Source of the DNA: an uncultured bacterium
GTDB taxonomy: Bacteria; SAR324; NAC60-12
DNA: 45,775 nucleotides
Assembly (NCBI GenBank): GCA_965662845.1
Contig: CBFIJD010000008.1
Span: forward strand, 47,476-93,250
Direction: 5' to 3'
Shown here: one piece after another, positions 32,619 through 41,284 of the stretch
Layout of the letters: each line of letters begins with the position of its first letter
Position numbering within the stretch: position 1 is the first letter of the stretch
The notes under the pieces: generated by a model
Databases searched by the model: none
What the model was told of the DNA's origin: nothing
The model's input: the letters and a program-made list of their open reading frames with translations, nothing else
Position numbers and translations under genes: made by a program

Positions 32619-32641
32619 GGAGAGGCCGTCGTTTCAGAAGG

Positions 32642-33922
32642 TTAACGGATCGGTTTGAGCGACTTGAGACGCTCAGTCAGTTTGCCAGCGAAATCTTGCA
32701 TGCTTGATCCAATGAGATCCTCTTGGCTAACAGGCTGGACTGCCGAGACTGGCGCATAGACTGGGGTGCGCACCATGCGAGCAGAGATGCGTTCAGAAAT
32801 TCTGGGTTCTCGCTGTGCCTTAGCCTCTTCTGCCGCGTAGTCAGCCGTGTCTGTCTCTGCGGCAACCATGTCCGCTTCTTGGGAGGACGCCGCATTGTCT
32901 AAGACAGATTGAGACGCTTGCTGACGAGCCCTCTGCAAGGTGCGCAAGAAGTCCATGCGCGATTCATCAAGGTTGACTTGCCCGTCTTTGGTCTCAAGCG
33001 CGTGCAGATAGGTCTGGTCTTTCTCGTTCTCTAAACGGGAGAGCAAGTTGACAGAAGTGGGCGTGACACCACAGGCAAACAGCTGTTGCTGGATTTCGAG
33101 CACAACCACTTTTTGCTTTGGACCCAGATGAAAGGCAGAGACCTGTCGGATGGCAATGTTGCTCTCTAGCGTCGGGATTTTTCCTGAGAGGAAGCGGTTG
33201 TAGAGCAGAGCTAGCGCATAAATCAGCCCAAGAATGAACAACAACGAGAGCAGCAGCGTGATCATTGTGTTCGCCCAGTCGTCTTCAGCCAACGGCAGTT
33301 TGTCCGCGGCTGTGGCGTCCACATCGGGCTCGACAGGGGCGGGTCGGGTGTCTAAAGCAGGGGCCGGCTCCTCCACTTGTGGCTCAGGAGTCTCCCGAGC
33401 AAAGGTGGAAGGGAACAGATCGCCTTGTTGCACGCGTTGTCCGGCCTCGCGGAGCAGGTTGCTCTCCGTTGGCACTTGCGCCGAAGTCTCCAAATCCAGC
33501 AGATTCAGAAATTGCAAGTCTAGGTACAGTCGATCGTTCTCTCGCCAAATTTCCGGGTTTCCCAGCGCCATGCGTGTGCTGTTGAACAAAATATCAACCT
33601 GTACAAACTCAGCGGAAGCTGGCTGTGAGACGCGAAGGGACCGAATCAAGCCTCCCTCAGGAGGGCGGATCTCTGGGGGCAGATTCGGGTCTAAAGATGT
33701 CGCGAGCAGCCGGACGGAGAGCGCGCCAGGTTCAAAATTAACGATCGGTTCTTCGGGGTAGGGCTCTAGGAATTGAAGGCGAATCTGCTCAGCTTGGGAG
33801 AGGGACGACAGCCGGACATCTTTGAGGGTATGTGGGGCCGCAAGCGTAGAGGATGTGGAGGCGAGGATGCCACCAAAGATTGCCAACAACAAAAACAATG
33901 CGCGCATAACTATTGGGCTCAC
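32642..33922 (-). CDS. fliO: Extended FliO-family flagellar protein
   Basis: Between fliN and fliP. TM helix followed by I......HLGPKQKVVVLEI......CGVTPTSVNLL (FliO core), with large N- and C-terminal extensions. Confidence 0.8.
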   Translation of the reverse strand: MSPIVMRALFLLLAIFGGILASTSSTLAAPHTLKDVRLSSLSQAEQIRLQFLEPYPEEPIVNFEPGALSVRLLATSLDPNLPPEIRPPEGGLIRSLRVSQPASAEFVQVDILFNSTRMALGNPEIWRENDRLYLDLQFLNLLDLETSAQVPTESNLLREAGQRVQQGDLFPSTFARETPEPQVEEPAPALDTRPAPVEPDVDATAADKLPLAEDDWANTMITLLLSLLFILGLIYALALLYNRFLSGKIPTLESNIAIRQVSAFHLGPKQKVVVLEIQQQLFACGVTPTSVNLLSRLENEKDQTYLHALETKDGQVNLDESRMDFLRTLQRARQQASQSVLDNAASSQEADMVAAETDTADYAAEEAKAQREPRISERISARMVRTPVYAPVSAVQPVSQEDLIGSSMQDFAGKLTERLKSLKPIR

Positions 33923-34353
33923 AAAGCGGCGAAGCGGTCGTCAGGGCTGATGATGTCAGTGATGCGAACGGCGAACTTATCGTTGATCACGACGATTTCT
34001 CCGCGTGCCACCAGTTTTTCGTTCACACGGATGTCGAGTGGCTGTCCGATTGCGCTTTGAAGCTCCACGATAGAGCCTTGATCCAGTTCCAGCAGTTCTT
34101 CGATGCGAACTTGAGTGCGACCGACCTCGACCTGAATGTTGAGTTGTACGTCGAGGAGGAAATCAATGTCTAGCTCTCCAGCTAGCTCTTCTGCGGCGCT
34201 TGCGCCTCCACCTCCTCCGCTAGGAGCGGGCTCTCCCGCGCCGGGTGGTGGGGTCGTGCTTGCTCCCGCTATGATCGCGTCGCGGTTGGCTTGCAGTTCG
34301 CCTTCTACGTCTGACCAGTCTAGGTCATCAAGGTTTTCAAATTCGTCAGCCAT
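33919..34353 (-). CDS. fliN: Flagellar motor switch protein FliN
   Basis: DFLLDV.L.I.VEVGR, GSIVEL...GQPLDI.VNEKLVARGEIVVINDKFAVRITDIISP. Confidence 0.95.
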   Translation of the reverse strand: MADEFENLDDLDWSDVEGELQANRDAIIAGASTTPPPGAGEPAPSGGGGGASAAEELAGELDIDFLLDVQLNIQVEVGRTQVRIEELLELDQGSIVELQSAIGQPLDIRVNEKLVARGEIVVINDKFAVRITDIISPDDRFAAL

Positions 34354-34416
34354 GTATACTTCCTGTGGGCATTGGGGACGGCGTTCTGGCGGCGCTTCCG
34401 TGTGGCTGGGCCGAGC

Positions 34417-34905
34417 CTATTGCTTGTAAAATTCGGTGAACAAAATCCGCTTCACGGGTTCAGGGTCTTCCCAAGGTGGTTCGTTGGGGAAGAGAGAGTT
34501 TAGGCGAATTTGTAAGTCGTTTTTCATGATTTGTCGGAAGCGCGCATCGTCTAAAGAGTTGACGTCGACGCCTTGCAGGTAGCGGATGACCATATCTTTC
34601 ACGAGCGGCATGCGACCGCTCATCCACTCCATGGGGACCGGATTGTCAAAGGCTAGCTCGATGGAGGTCTTCAGATAGTACTTCCCATCGGGCATGTTGA
34701 CGACGAAGGTGCCCAACGACATGTAATTCGGGTTTTCCAGTGGGGGCGGTCCTTCTCGCAAGACTCGCTGAGGCGCGACGGTCTCTTCTTCTTCACCGCT
34801 GTCGCAGGCTGTTAAGGAAAGCGACAGCGGGAGGAGCAGCAACCACACGAACCAGCTAGCAGCGCTCTGAAATTTGGGCAAGGACACAGGCAGTCCACCA
34901 ATCAC
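34417..34905 (-). CDS. fliL: FliL-family protein (paralog 2, lipobox-like N-terminus)
   Basis: F.VN....YLK.SIEL, P.VKD..I.YL and V..ILFTEF..Q. LTAC follows a hydrophobic stretch. Confidence 0.85.
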   Translation of the reverse strand: MIGGLPVSLPKFQSAASWFVWLLLLPLSLSLTACDSGEEEETVAPQRVLREGPPPLENPNYMSLGTFVVNMPDGKYYLKTSIELAFDNPVPMEWMSGRMPLVKDMVIRYLQGVDVNSLDDARFRQIMKNDLQIRLNSLFPNEPPWEDPEPVKRILFTEFYKQ

Positions 34906-35393
34906 TGGATGACAAACTCTTCAAACAGAACCTTGCGGATGGGCTCTGGGTCTTCCCATTCTGGCTTGGTTGGGAAGAGTTTCGAGATGACGTTGATGAG
35001 GCGCTGCTTCAGCGCTTCACGTGCTTCGGCTTGGGCGACGTCTTCCGCCGAGACCTCTTGCAATTCTGTGAGCACAGCGTCTTTCACTTCCACCATGCGC
35101 AGCTGCAAATAGCCCATCGCCGCAGGATCGCTCATCATCAGCTGGATGGTTGCTTTCAGATAGCGTCGGCCATCCTTCAGATTCACGACGTAACTTTCAA
35201 GCGGGAGAAAGAGCGGCGTTGCCAAAGGCTCTACAGTTTCTGTTACAGGCAACTCTTCTTCTGGAAGCTCTTCTTCTTCTTCGTCCCCACCCATCATCAG
35301 GAAGGCGACCGCTCCGATCACGATGAGCAGGACGACTGCCACAATGATCAGAATTAATTTTTTCTTGCCTCCGCCTTCGGCACCTTCAGCCAT
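34902..35393 (-). CDS. fliL: Flagellar basal body protein FliL (paralog 1)
   Basis: GGKKKLILII TM anchor, VVNL....RYLK..IQL, KDAVL..L and V.F.EFVIQ. Confidence 0.92.
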   Translation of the reverse strand: MAEGAEGGGKKKLILIIVAVVLLIVIGAVAFLMMGGDEEEEELPEEELPVTETVEPLATPLFLPLESYVVNLKDGRRYLKATIQLMMSDPAAMGYLQLRMVEVKDAVLTELQEVSAEDVAQAEAREALKQRLINVISKLFPTKPEWEDPEPIRKVLFEEFVIQ

Positions 35394-35500
35394 GTTTCGA
35401 CTCCTTCCAAATGATTAGGGAATTCAGTGAATTTGCTGGATTCTCATCCGATGAGCACGCAAATGCAAGGGGTGTGCAGTTGCGTGCAGGAATGGAACTC

Positions 35501-36280
35501 TTAGGACGAGGGCGGTGTGTCTGCGGCGACAATCCAGAACTTGGGGGCGCCTTGGTAATACAACTCTGGATACTTCTCGCGCGCGACTTTCAACATCGCG
35601 ATAAATTTGGGCACATACTGGTAGGGCTCTTCCCGGAGCTTGAGATCCCAGTAATTGTCGACCCCTTGCGCTTTCATCTGCTTGGCGACGTAGTTCGGGC
35701 CGCCGTTGTATCCAGCGAGGGCCAAGGCCCAGTCATAATCAAAGCGCTTTCCGAGCCGGTTGAAGTATTCAGCGGCGGCGTGAGTAGATTTCTTCCAATC
35801 GAGTCGGTCGTCGGAGAGGACGCCTTGATCCAGCTTGAACTCTTTGGCGGTGATGTCGTTGAACTGCCAAAGCCCCAAGGCTCCTGTGCGAGATTCAGCT
35901 TCGGCATCGAAGCAAGACTCCAGCATGGGGAGGTGTGCCAACTCTGGGGGGAGCCGATTCTTGTAAAACACGCGGTGGATGTATTTCAAATAGCCATTTT
36001 GGCGGGAGCGTCGCAGACAGATCTCTACGGTCTTGGTGGAGCTGTAGCGCTGCACAAATTTGTCAACGCGCTCGTTGCTGAGCTTCCACATGTCGGGATT
36101 TTGGTCTTTGATCCCGTACTTCTGGGGGACATACGGCTCATCAGTGTATGGAATGCCGCCGGGCCCGCGCCGAACATTGCTGCAAGCGGCAAGCGTGAGA
36201 GAGAGCAGCAGGATGAGCCACCACCAGCGCCAAGAGGGCAGAACGCGAGGAAGGAGAAGGGAAGAGAGAGATGTTGTCAT
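35501..36280 (-). CDS. Lytic transglycosylase (MltD-like SLT domain), lipoprotein
   Basis: LPPELA.LP.LES.F...A.S..GA.GLWQF, D.R.D..KST.AA..Y, W.LALAGYNGG and YVPKF.A. Lipobox LAAC. Confidence 0.9.
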   Translation of the reverse strand: MTTSLSSLLLPRVLPSWRWWWLILLLSLTLAACSNVRRGPGGIPYTDEPYVPQKYGIKDQNPDMWKLSNERVDKFVQRYSSTKTVEICLRRSRQNGYLKYIHRVFYKNRLPPELAHLPMLESCFDAEAESRTGALGLWQFNDITAKEFKLDQGVLSDDRLDWKKSTHAAAEYFNRLGKRFDYDWALALAGYNGGPNYVAKQMKAQGVDNYWDLKLREEPYQYVPKFIAMLKVAREKYPELYYQGAPKFWIVAADTPPSS

Positions 36281-36478
36281 GCTGGGTCTCCGTCGTGAAT
36301 CCATTCAGTTGAAACCAGCGAGCCGGAGCACGGGAAGAGATTGTGTCTTCGTGACACACGCGGAGCTGTTACAGTCGTCTTCCCTGACAATCTCAAAGCC
36401 AGATTGCTGGCTGAGATCTGCCTTCCAGCTAAGCCGCTGCGCGCCCAATGCAGCAATTGAACCAGAGGGTGTGCAGCA

Positions 36479-37327
36479 TCATTCGTGAAAGCGGTGCTCT
36501 GCCAGAACATGACACGGAAAGAGCGTCGCCTCGGTCAAGGGGAGCAAATCAACTAAGGCCCGATTGCGGGTGAGCACCTCGGCAAAGAGCCCAAAGATCG
36601 CAGAGCCACTCCCTGTGACGCCAGCGGCGAAAGCGCCGTGTTCTCGCAACAAATCGCAGAGCCTGGGCAGCTCAGGATGACGCAAAAACAAACTCTCGCT
36701 GAACTGATTGCCCACTTGGTCGGCTAATTCTTCGTGGCAAGTGGGGGCCGTTGGCGGTTCTTGATGGCGCGGAGTGCAGTTTTGATACGCTTCGGACGTC
36801 GAGCTGTTGAACGCAGGCTTGCAGAGCAGAATCTCAACGTGAGGGAACGTTTCTAGCGGTGTCAAAATTTCACCCCGACCGGAGGCCTCCGTTGGCCGTG
36901 GCGACAAGAAAAACGGGACATCGGAGCCCAGCTCAGCCGCAATTTGCGCAAGCTGACCTTCATTGAGGGGAAGGTCGTACCAGTAATTGAGCGCCCGCAG
37001 CACGGCCGCCGCATTTGAGCTTCCGCCGCCTAAGCCGGCACCCGCGGGGATGTTTTTGTGCAGATGAAGATGCAGCGACACGGTGAGCTGGGTGGCTTGC
37101 TCAAATTTTCGCACGACGCGGACAGCGAGATTCTCAGCATGGGCTAGCTCAGCCTCAGAGCAAGTGAACTGGAACGCTTGGGACGCGGATTCACTCAGTG
37201 TGATTTCGTCATACAAACTGACAGGGACAAGGTGGGTGTAGATTTCGTGGAAGCCATCTTCGCGTTTGCGCAGGATGTGGAGAACGGTGTTGATTTTGGC
37301 AGGTGTGCGCCACTGGAGAGGGTTCAT
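36479..37327 (-). CDS. ispE: 4-diphosphocytidyl-2-C-methyl-D-erythritol kinase
   Basis: PAKIN..L....KREDGFHEI, KNIPAGAGLGGGSSNAA, LGSDVPFF and TGSGS..F. ATG at 37327 overlaps the upstream stop. Confidence 0.96.
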   Translation of the reverse strand: MNPLQWRTPAKINTVLHILRKREDGFHEIYTHLVPVSLYDEITLSESASQAFQFTCSEAELAHAENLAVRVVRKFEQATQLTVSLHLHLHKNIPAGAGLGGGSSNAAAVLRALNYWYDLPLNEGQLAQIAAELGSDVPFFLSPRPTEASGRGEILTPLETFPHVEILLCKPAFNSSTSEAYQNCTPRHQEPPTAPTCHEELADQVGNQFSESLFLRHPELPRLCDLLREHGAFAAGVTGSGSAIFGLFAEVLTRNRALVDLLPLTEATLFPCHVLAEHRFHE

Positions 37328-37659
37328 CGGCATTCAATGAGAAGTTGACCGGGTGTGCCAAAGGAATCCGTGCGCAGAAGCACAAACGGGCCTTTGCACA
37401 TCAGCTCGGCTTTGCGATAGCAAAAATCGGGGTGGTTGGGGCAACTCAATAAGTATTGGCTGGGGGTGCGTGGAGTGGAGGCCATTTCTTCGGGCAGAGG
37501 TTCACAGCGCTCAGGCAGGTTCATAAAGGTCGGTTGCCAGATCCAGCGAGGACTGGTCTCACAGCGAGTGAGGATGGGTTCTGAAGGAGTGGACGTTTGG
37601 CAGGCGCTCAGGGTGACGAGCCCCCACAACAGCGCCAGCGCTGCACGCAGAGTTCTCAT
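37324..37659 (-). CDS. Small Cys-rich lipoprotein, unknown function
   Basis: MRTLRAALALLWGLVTLSA-C lipobox, 111 aa, six further Cys. ATGA overlaps with both waaA and ispE. Confidence 0.7.
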   Translation of the reverse strand: MRTLRAALALLWGLVTLSACQTSTPSEPILTRCETSPRWIWQPTFMNLPERCEPLPEEMASTPRTPSQYLLSCPNHPDFCYRKAELMCKGPFVLLRTDSFGTPGQLLIECR

Positions 37660-38957
37660 GGGGCCTCTTGCCAAATGGGCTCTAGCAATTGAGCGCATCT
37701 CTTCGCCGCGCCGGCTTGCTCTTCTAAGAGCGCGCGCGCTTGTGCTCCTAGCGTCTGGCAGCGCGTTGGGTTGGCAAGCAAGGGCTGGAGTTGCGCCTGA
37801 AAGGTGGCGGCATCGTTCACGCTGAAGGCAAGCCCGGCCTCTAAGAATCGCTGTGCGGAGAGGTAGTTGTCGTATTTTGGACCGAAGAAGACCGGCAACC
37901 CCCATGCAGCAGGCTCCATGACGTTATGGACGCCCGTGGTGAAGGCGCCCCCGACAAACGCCAAATGACCATGCGCATACAGCCCCGAGAGCACGCCGAC
38001 GGTGTCCACAATCAGGACGCGGGCACGGTCTAATTCTGTGGCGTCGCGCTGCGTCCACAAGACGGGTGACCACGCAGCGAAGTCGCGCTGCAGCGCCTCG
38101 ACTTGTGCTGCGTGGGGTTCATGCGGAGTCAGCACGACCCGCAGCTGGGGGTCGCTGTTCAAGGCATCCAGCAGCGGAGCGCGGATGCAGGCGACGTCCT
38201 CAGGCCACACGCTCCCCGCGATGAAGGTGGTGCCGTGTTGCCACGACTCTGGCAGGGGCGGTGGGGTCTGCGCATTCCGACGCGCGAGCACGCTGTCCAC
38301 GCGGGTGTCGCCGATGACTTGAAGATCAGGATGATGCGGTGCGCTCTGACGAATGCGCTCTGCGTCTTCTGTGGAGATGGTGGCGATGGTGCGTTGGGCT
38401 TGGTAGAGCGAGGAGAACAGGCTGCGGCCAAGCGCATTTTGGTGCCGAAATGAGCCTTGATGCACCAAGGCGGAGATCAGAAATTGGGGGACCTTGAGGG
38501 CTTGTGCCGTCCACACCAAATTGGGCCAGAGGTCATAACTGACCAAGATGAGCGCGGCGGGTTGCAGCTTGGCGATGAGGCGCCGCATGTTGCGCTCGGT
38601 GTCACGCGGTAAGTAATCAGACCAGATGACCTGAGCAGGGAGGCGTGTGTGGCCTGCGGTGATCCAGCGCTCCGCGTTGACCGATGAGTAGGTCAGCACA
38701 ATCTGAACTTGGCCCAAGGGCAAGCGGCGGATGACCGGCTCTGCCTGCAGGATCTCCCCTGCGGACGCGGCGTGAAACCACAGCAGCGGCTGGCGCCAAT
38801 CTCGTTGTTGCAGCGCGAGGTCGAGACGCTCCCAGAGGCCCTCTCGTCCGGCGATCGCCGCGCGTAAGTTCGGTTTGCGCTTGGCCTGCTGCTGAAGGAC
38901 TTGCCAGAGCAGGGGCTGCATGAGCAGGCGATAGCTTAGTTTCCAGAGGTCAGCCAT
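37656..38957 (-). CDS. waaA: 3-deoxy-D-manno-octulosonic acid (Kdo) transferase
   Basis: WFHAASAGE, YLP.D, .LWPN, GDTR.D, AGS.WP, PHE, D..G.L..LY and FVGG....G.HNVMEPA..G.PV..GP. Confidence 0.92.
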   Translation of the reverse strand: MADLWKLSYRLLMQPLLWQVLQQQAKRKPNLRAAIAGREGLWERLDLALQQRDWRQPLLWFHAASAGEILQAEPVIRRLPLGQVQIVLTYSSVNAERWITAGHTRLPAQVIWSDYLPRDTERNMRRLIAKLQPAALILVSYDLWPNLVWTAQALKVPQFLISALVHQGSFRHQNALGRSLFSSLYQAQRTIATISTEDAERIRQSAPHHPDLQVIGDTRVDSVLARRNAQTPPPLPESWQHGTTFIAGSVWPEDVACIRAPLLDALNSDPQLRVVLTPHEPHAAQVEALQRDFAAWSPVLWTQRDATELDRARVLIVDTVGVLSGLYAHGHLAFVGGAFTTGVHNVMEPAAWGLPVFFGPKYDNYLSAQRFLEAGLAFSVNDAATFQAQLQPLLANPTRCQTLGAQARALLEEQAGAAKRCAQLLEPIWQEAP

Positions 38958-39040
38958 GCGAGTTGCGGCAAAATGGTTGGAATATCGCTTGCTTGACGTG
39001 CCTCAACCTTTGGCTGAAACACAACTTTTTGCGGTGAAAC

Positions 39041-40444
39041 ATGAACAAACGACTTTGGGTGTCAGTGACCTGCTTAGTGCTGGGAGCGTCGCTGGTCTTC
39101 GCCTCCGCGCGGGTCTTTCGTACGTACGTAGACAACATGCAAGAGGCAGTGATCAAAGAATTTGTGGGCTATCTGCTCAAGGGGGAGCGCTATCCTCTGC
39201 AACACACCATCTACAATCTGCGTTTCAAAGTGATGCAGGAGGAGTTGGGTATCACAAATCGGGCCGAAACGCGGGAGTGTAGCCTCCGCCGCAACTTGAA
39301 TGTGCCGGTTCCTGAAGAGAAGCAGGAGTTTTGCCAGAAGTACGACTTCATTGTGGATTTGGCAAAAGAGCAGCTCTCGACCGTCAGCGCGTTCAATGTC
39401 ATCTACTCCGTCGTGGAACCGAACTTAATCCGTGAGATTGAAGCACAAAAAGCCAGAGATCAGTTCCGCGTTTGGTTGCATCAAAAGCTCAATTGTTTGG
39501 ACGATGAATACAATTGTGGTTCCAGCGAACGGGGGATGTTGCGCCGCATGGCCAAAGGGAACCAAGAGCTGATCCAGACCTATCGAGCGACGTTGCTGAA
39601 ACTGGAAAAGAAACTGTATCCCGACGAGATCTACTCACAGCCTGTTTGGGCCTACGCCGGAAGAGAGTGCAAGACTTTGGGAGAGTCTCCGCATGGGGAA
39701 ACTCGTGAGGGCATGGTGTTTGTGGAGGGGGGCGACTTTTTGATGGGCTCTGAAGATGGCTTTGCAGAGGAGCGCCCAGTGCGAGAAGTGACGCTGTCGG
39801 GCTTTTGGATGGATCGCTGCGAAGTGAGCAATGCGGAATTGCTGGATTTCGTCGCCCGAGATCCGTTTCTGCGCAAGAGCGCGTTCCCGTTCCGGTTGCA
39901 AGATGGGAATTATTTGCGGTTTTGGGAAGATGACCTTGTGGTGCCCTTCAACCAAGGGAGCATGCCCGCCGTGTATGTCTCTTGGTATGCCGCTCGTTAT
40001 TACTGCGGAGCGATCGGCAAACGCCTGCCCTCCGAAGCTGAGTGGGAATATGCCGCCCGATCAGGCCGCACCCAGACCTCCTTTGGCTTTGGCAACGATC
40101 GTGTCTTCTTGCCGGATCATGCGTGGTATCGCAGCAACTCGGCGAACATGCAGCACGTGATCGCAGACCGTAGACCCAACGATTACGGACTGTACGACAT
40201 GCATGGGAACGTGTGGGAGTGGGTGTACGATTACTATGGAAGCTATGATCCAGAAGACACCGTGAACCCAGTCGGGCCACTGTCAGGGGAGTATCGAGTG
40301 ATGCGTGGAGGCTCCCGACAAAGCCCTGAAGAATATCTGCGCACCGCGATGCGTCGGGATGCTTCGCCACGGAGCACCTTCGCCGATGTCGGGTTTCGTT
40401 GTGCAGCGAGCGCCGAGTTCCCAGTGGCTACGGACGGACAGTGA
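39041..40444 (+). CDS. FGE-sulfatase (SUMF1/EgtB/PvdO-fold) domain protein with N-terminal unknown domain
   Basis: GG.F.MGS, E.P...V....FWMD..EV.N, VSW..A..YC...GKRLPSEAEWEYAAR, N.YGLYDMHGNVWEW, RGGS and GFRC. N-terminal signal or anchor. Confidence 0.9.
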   Translation: MNKRLWVSVTCLVLGASLVFASARVFRTYVDNMQEAVIKEFVGYLLKGERYPLQHTIYNLRFKVMQEELGITNRAETRECSLRRNLNVPVPEEKQEFCQKYDFIVDLAKEQLSTVSAFNVIYSVVEPNLIREIEAQKARDQFRVWLHQKLNCLDDEYNCGSSERGMLRRMAKGNQELIQTYRATLLKLEKKLYPDEIYSQPVWAYAGRECKTLGESPHGETREGMVFVEGGDFLMGSEDGFAEERPVREVTLSGFWMDRCEVSNAELLDFVARDPFLRKSAFPFRLQDGNYLRFWEDDLVVPFNQGSMPAVYVSWYAARYYCGAIGKRLPSEAEWEYAARSGRTQTSFGFGNDRVFLPDHAWYRSNSANMQHVIADRRPNDYGLYDMHGNVWEWVYDYYGSYDPEDTVNPVGPLSGEYRVMRGGSRQSPEEYLRTAMRRDASPRSTFADVGFRCAASAEFPVATDGQ

Positions 40445-41138
40445 AAATGTAACCCGCTCCCCACTTGGTGTGGAGCAGGCGAGGCGTGAAGCCTTGGTCG
40501 ATCTTGCGCCGCAATAGCGAGATGTGGTTGTCAACCAAGCGCGTCCCTGGGTCGAAGTCGTAGCCCCAAACCGCTTGCAGAAGCTCTGCTTTGGAGATGA
40601 CGCGCTCGGAGTTCAACAGAAAATAGTGCAGCAGCTCCAGCTCTTTGGGGCGCAACTCAATCTCGACATCTTCGCGATAAGCTTGCTGGTTCCTCAGGTT
40701 CAGCGAGAGGTTGGCAAACCGCATGATATAGTGTTCCTGCTCTTCTTCTTTCGGGGCGGGTTCGGGCGTCTCTGGCGGTGAGCGCAACAGCTTCTCTAAG
40801 CGCAGCAAGAGTTCTTCTATTAAGAATGGCTTGGTCAGATAGTCGTTGCCTCCTGAACGAAGCCCTGCGAGACGATCATTGGGTTGGGAGTGTCCGCTCA
40901 GCACAAGAATCGGCGTGTGGATCTGAAATTTGCGGGCTTGCTCAATGATGCGGAGCCCGTTGAGCTCGGGCAACTCGATGTCGGCAATGCAGACGTCAAA
41001 CTGACCGGTGAGTAAATGCGATAGTCCCTCCACCCCATTGTCAGCATGTGTGATGTCCCACCGTGAAGCGGGTAAGTTTTCACGGATCATGTCTGCCAGC
41101 CCCCAGTCGTCTTCAATATGCAAAACTTTGATGTACAT
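40428..41138 (-). CDS. OmpR/PhoB-family response regulator
   Basis: IEDD, ADIELP..NG, DYLTKPF, L.PKE.ELL and VWGYDF......VD.HI..LR.KI......L.T..G.GY winged helix. Confidence 0.95.
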   Translation of the reverse strand: MYIKVLHIEDDWGLADMIRENLPASRWDITHADNGVEGLSHLLTGQFDVCIADIELPELNGLRIIEQARKFQIHTPILVLSGHSQPNDRLAGLRSGGNDYLTKPFLIEELLLRLEKLLRSPPETPEPAPKEEEQEHYIMRFANLSLNLRNQQAYREDVEIELRPKELELLHYFLLNSERVISKAELLQAVWGYDFDPGTRLVDNHISLLRRKIDQGFTPRLLHTKWGAGYIFTVRP

Positions 41139-41169
41139 GCGATCCTACCACGAGAGTCATTGCGACTTT

Positions 41170-41186
41170 TCTACAGTTTGTCTACA
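41170..41186. promoter_or_regulatory. 11-bp-period direct repeat (OmpR-family box candidate)
   Basis: TCTACA-gtttg-TCTACA in the divergent RR/HK spacer. Confidence 0.45.
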
Positions 41187-41284
41187 TTTGGCAACCAAAG
41201 TTACAAATCTTCAAGAACTAAACCGTTCTACGAACGCAACGGGGATCGACTCGTCGGGCTCGTTCACTTCTGTCAAGGAGCGCC

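Noticed and set aside
35463..35479. sigma54-like CTGCAC-N5-TTGCA upstream of fliL
   Set aside because: Lacks the invariant GG at -24.
35411..36298. 295-aa plus-strand ORF
   Set aside because: Antisense to the lytic transglycosylase.
37660..37905. 193-aa version of the lipoprotein ORF
   Set aside because: The extension overlaps waaA. The signal peptide starts at ATG 37659.
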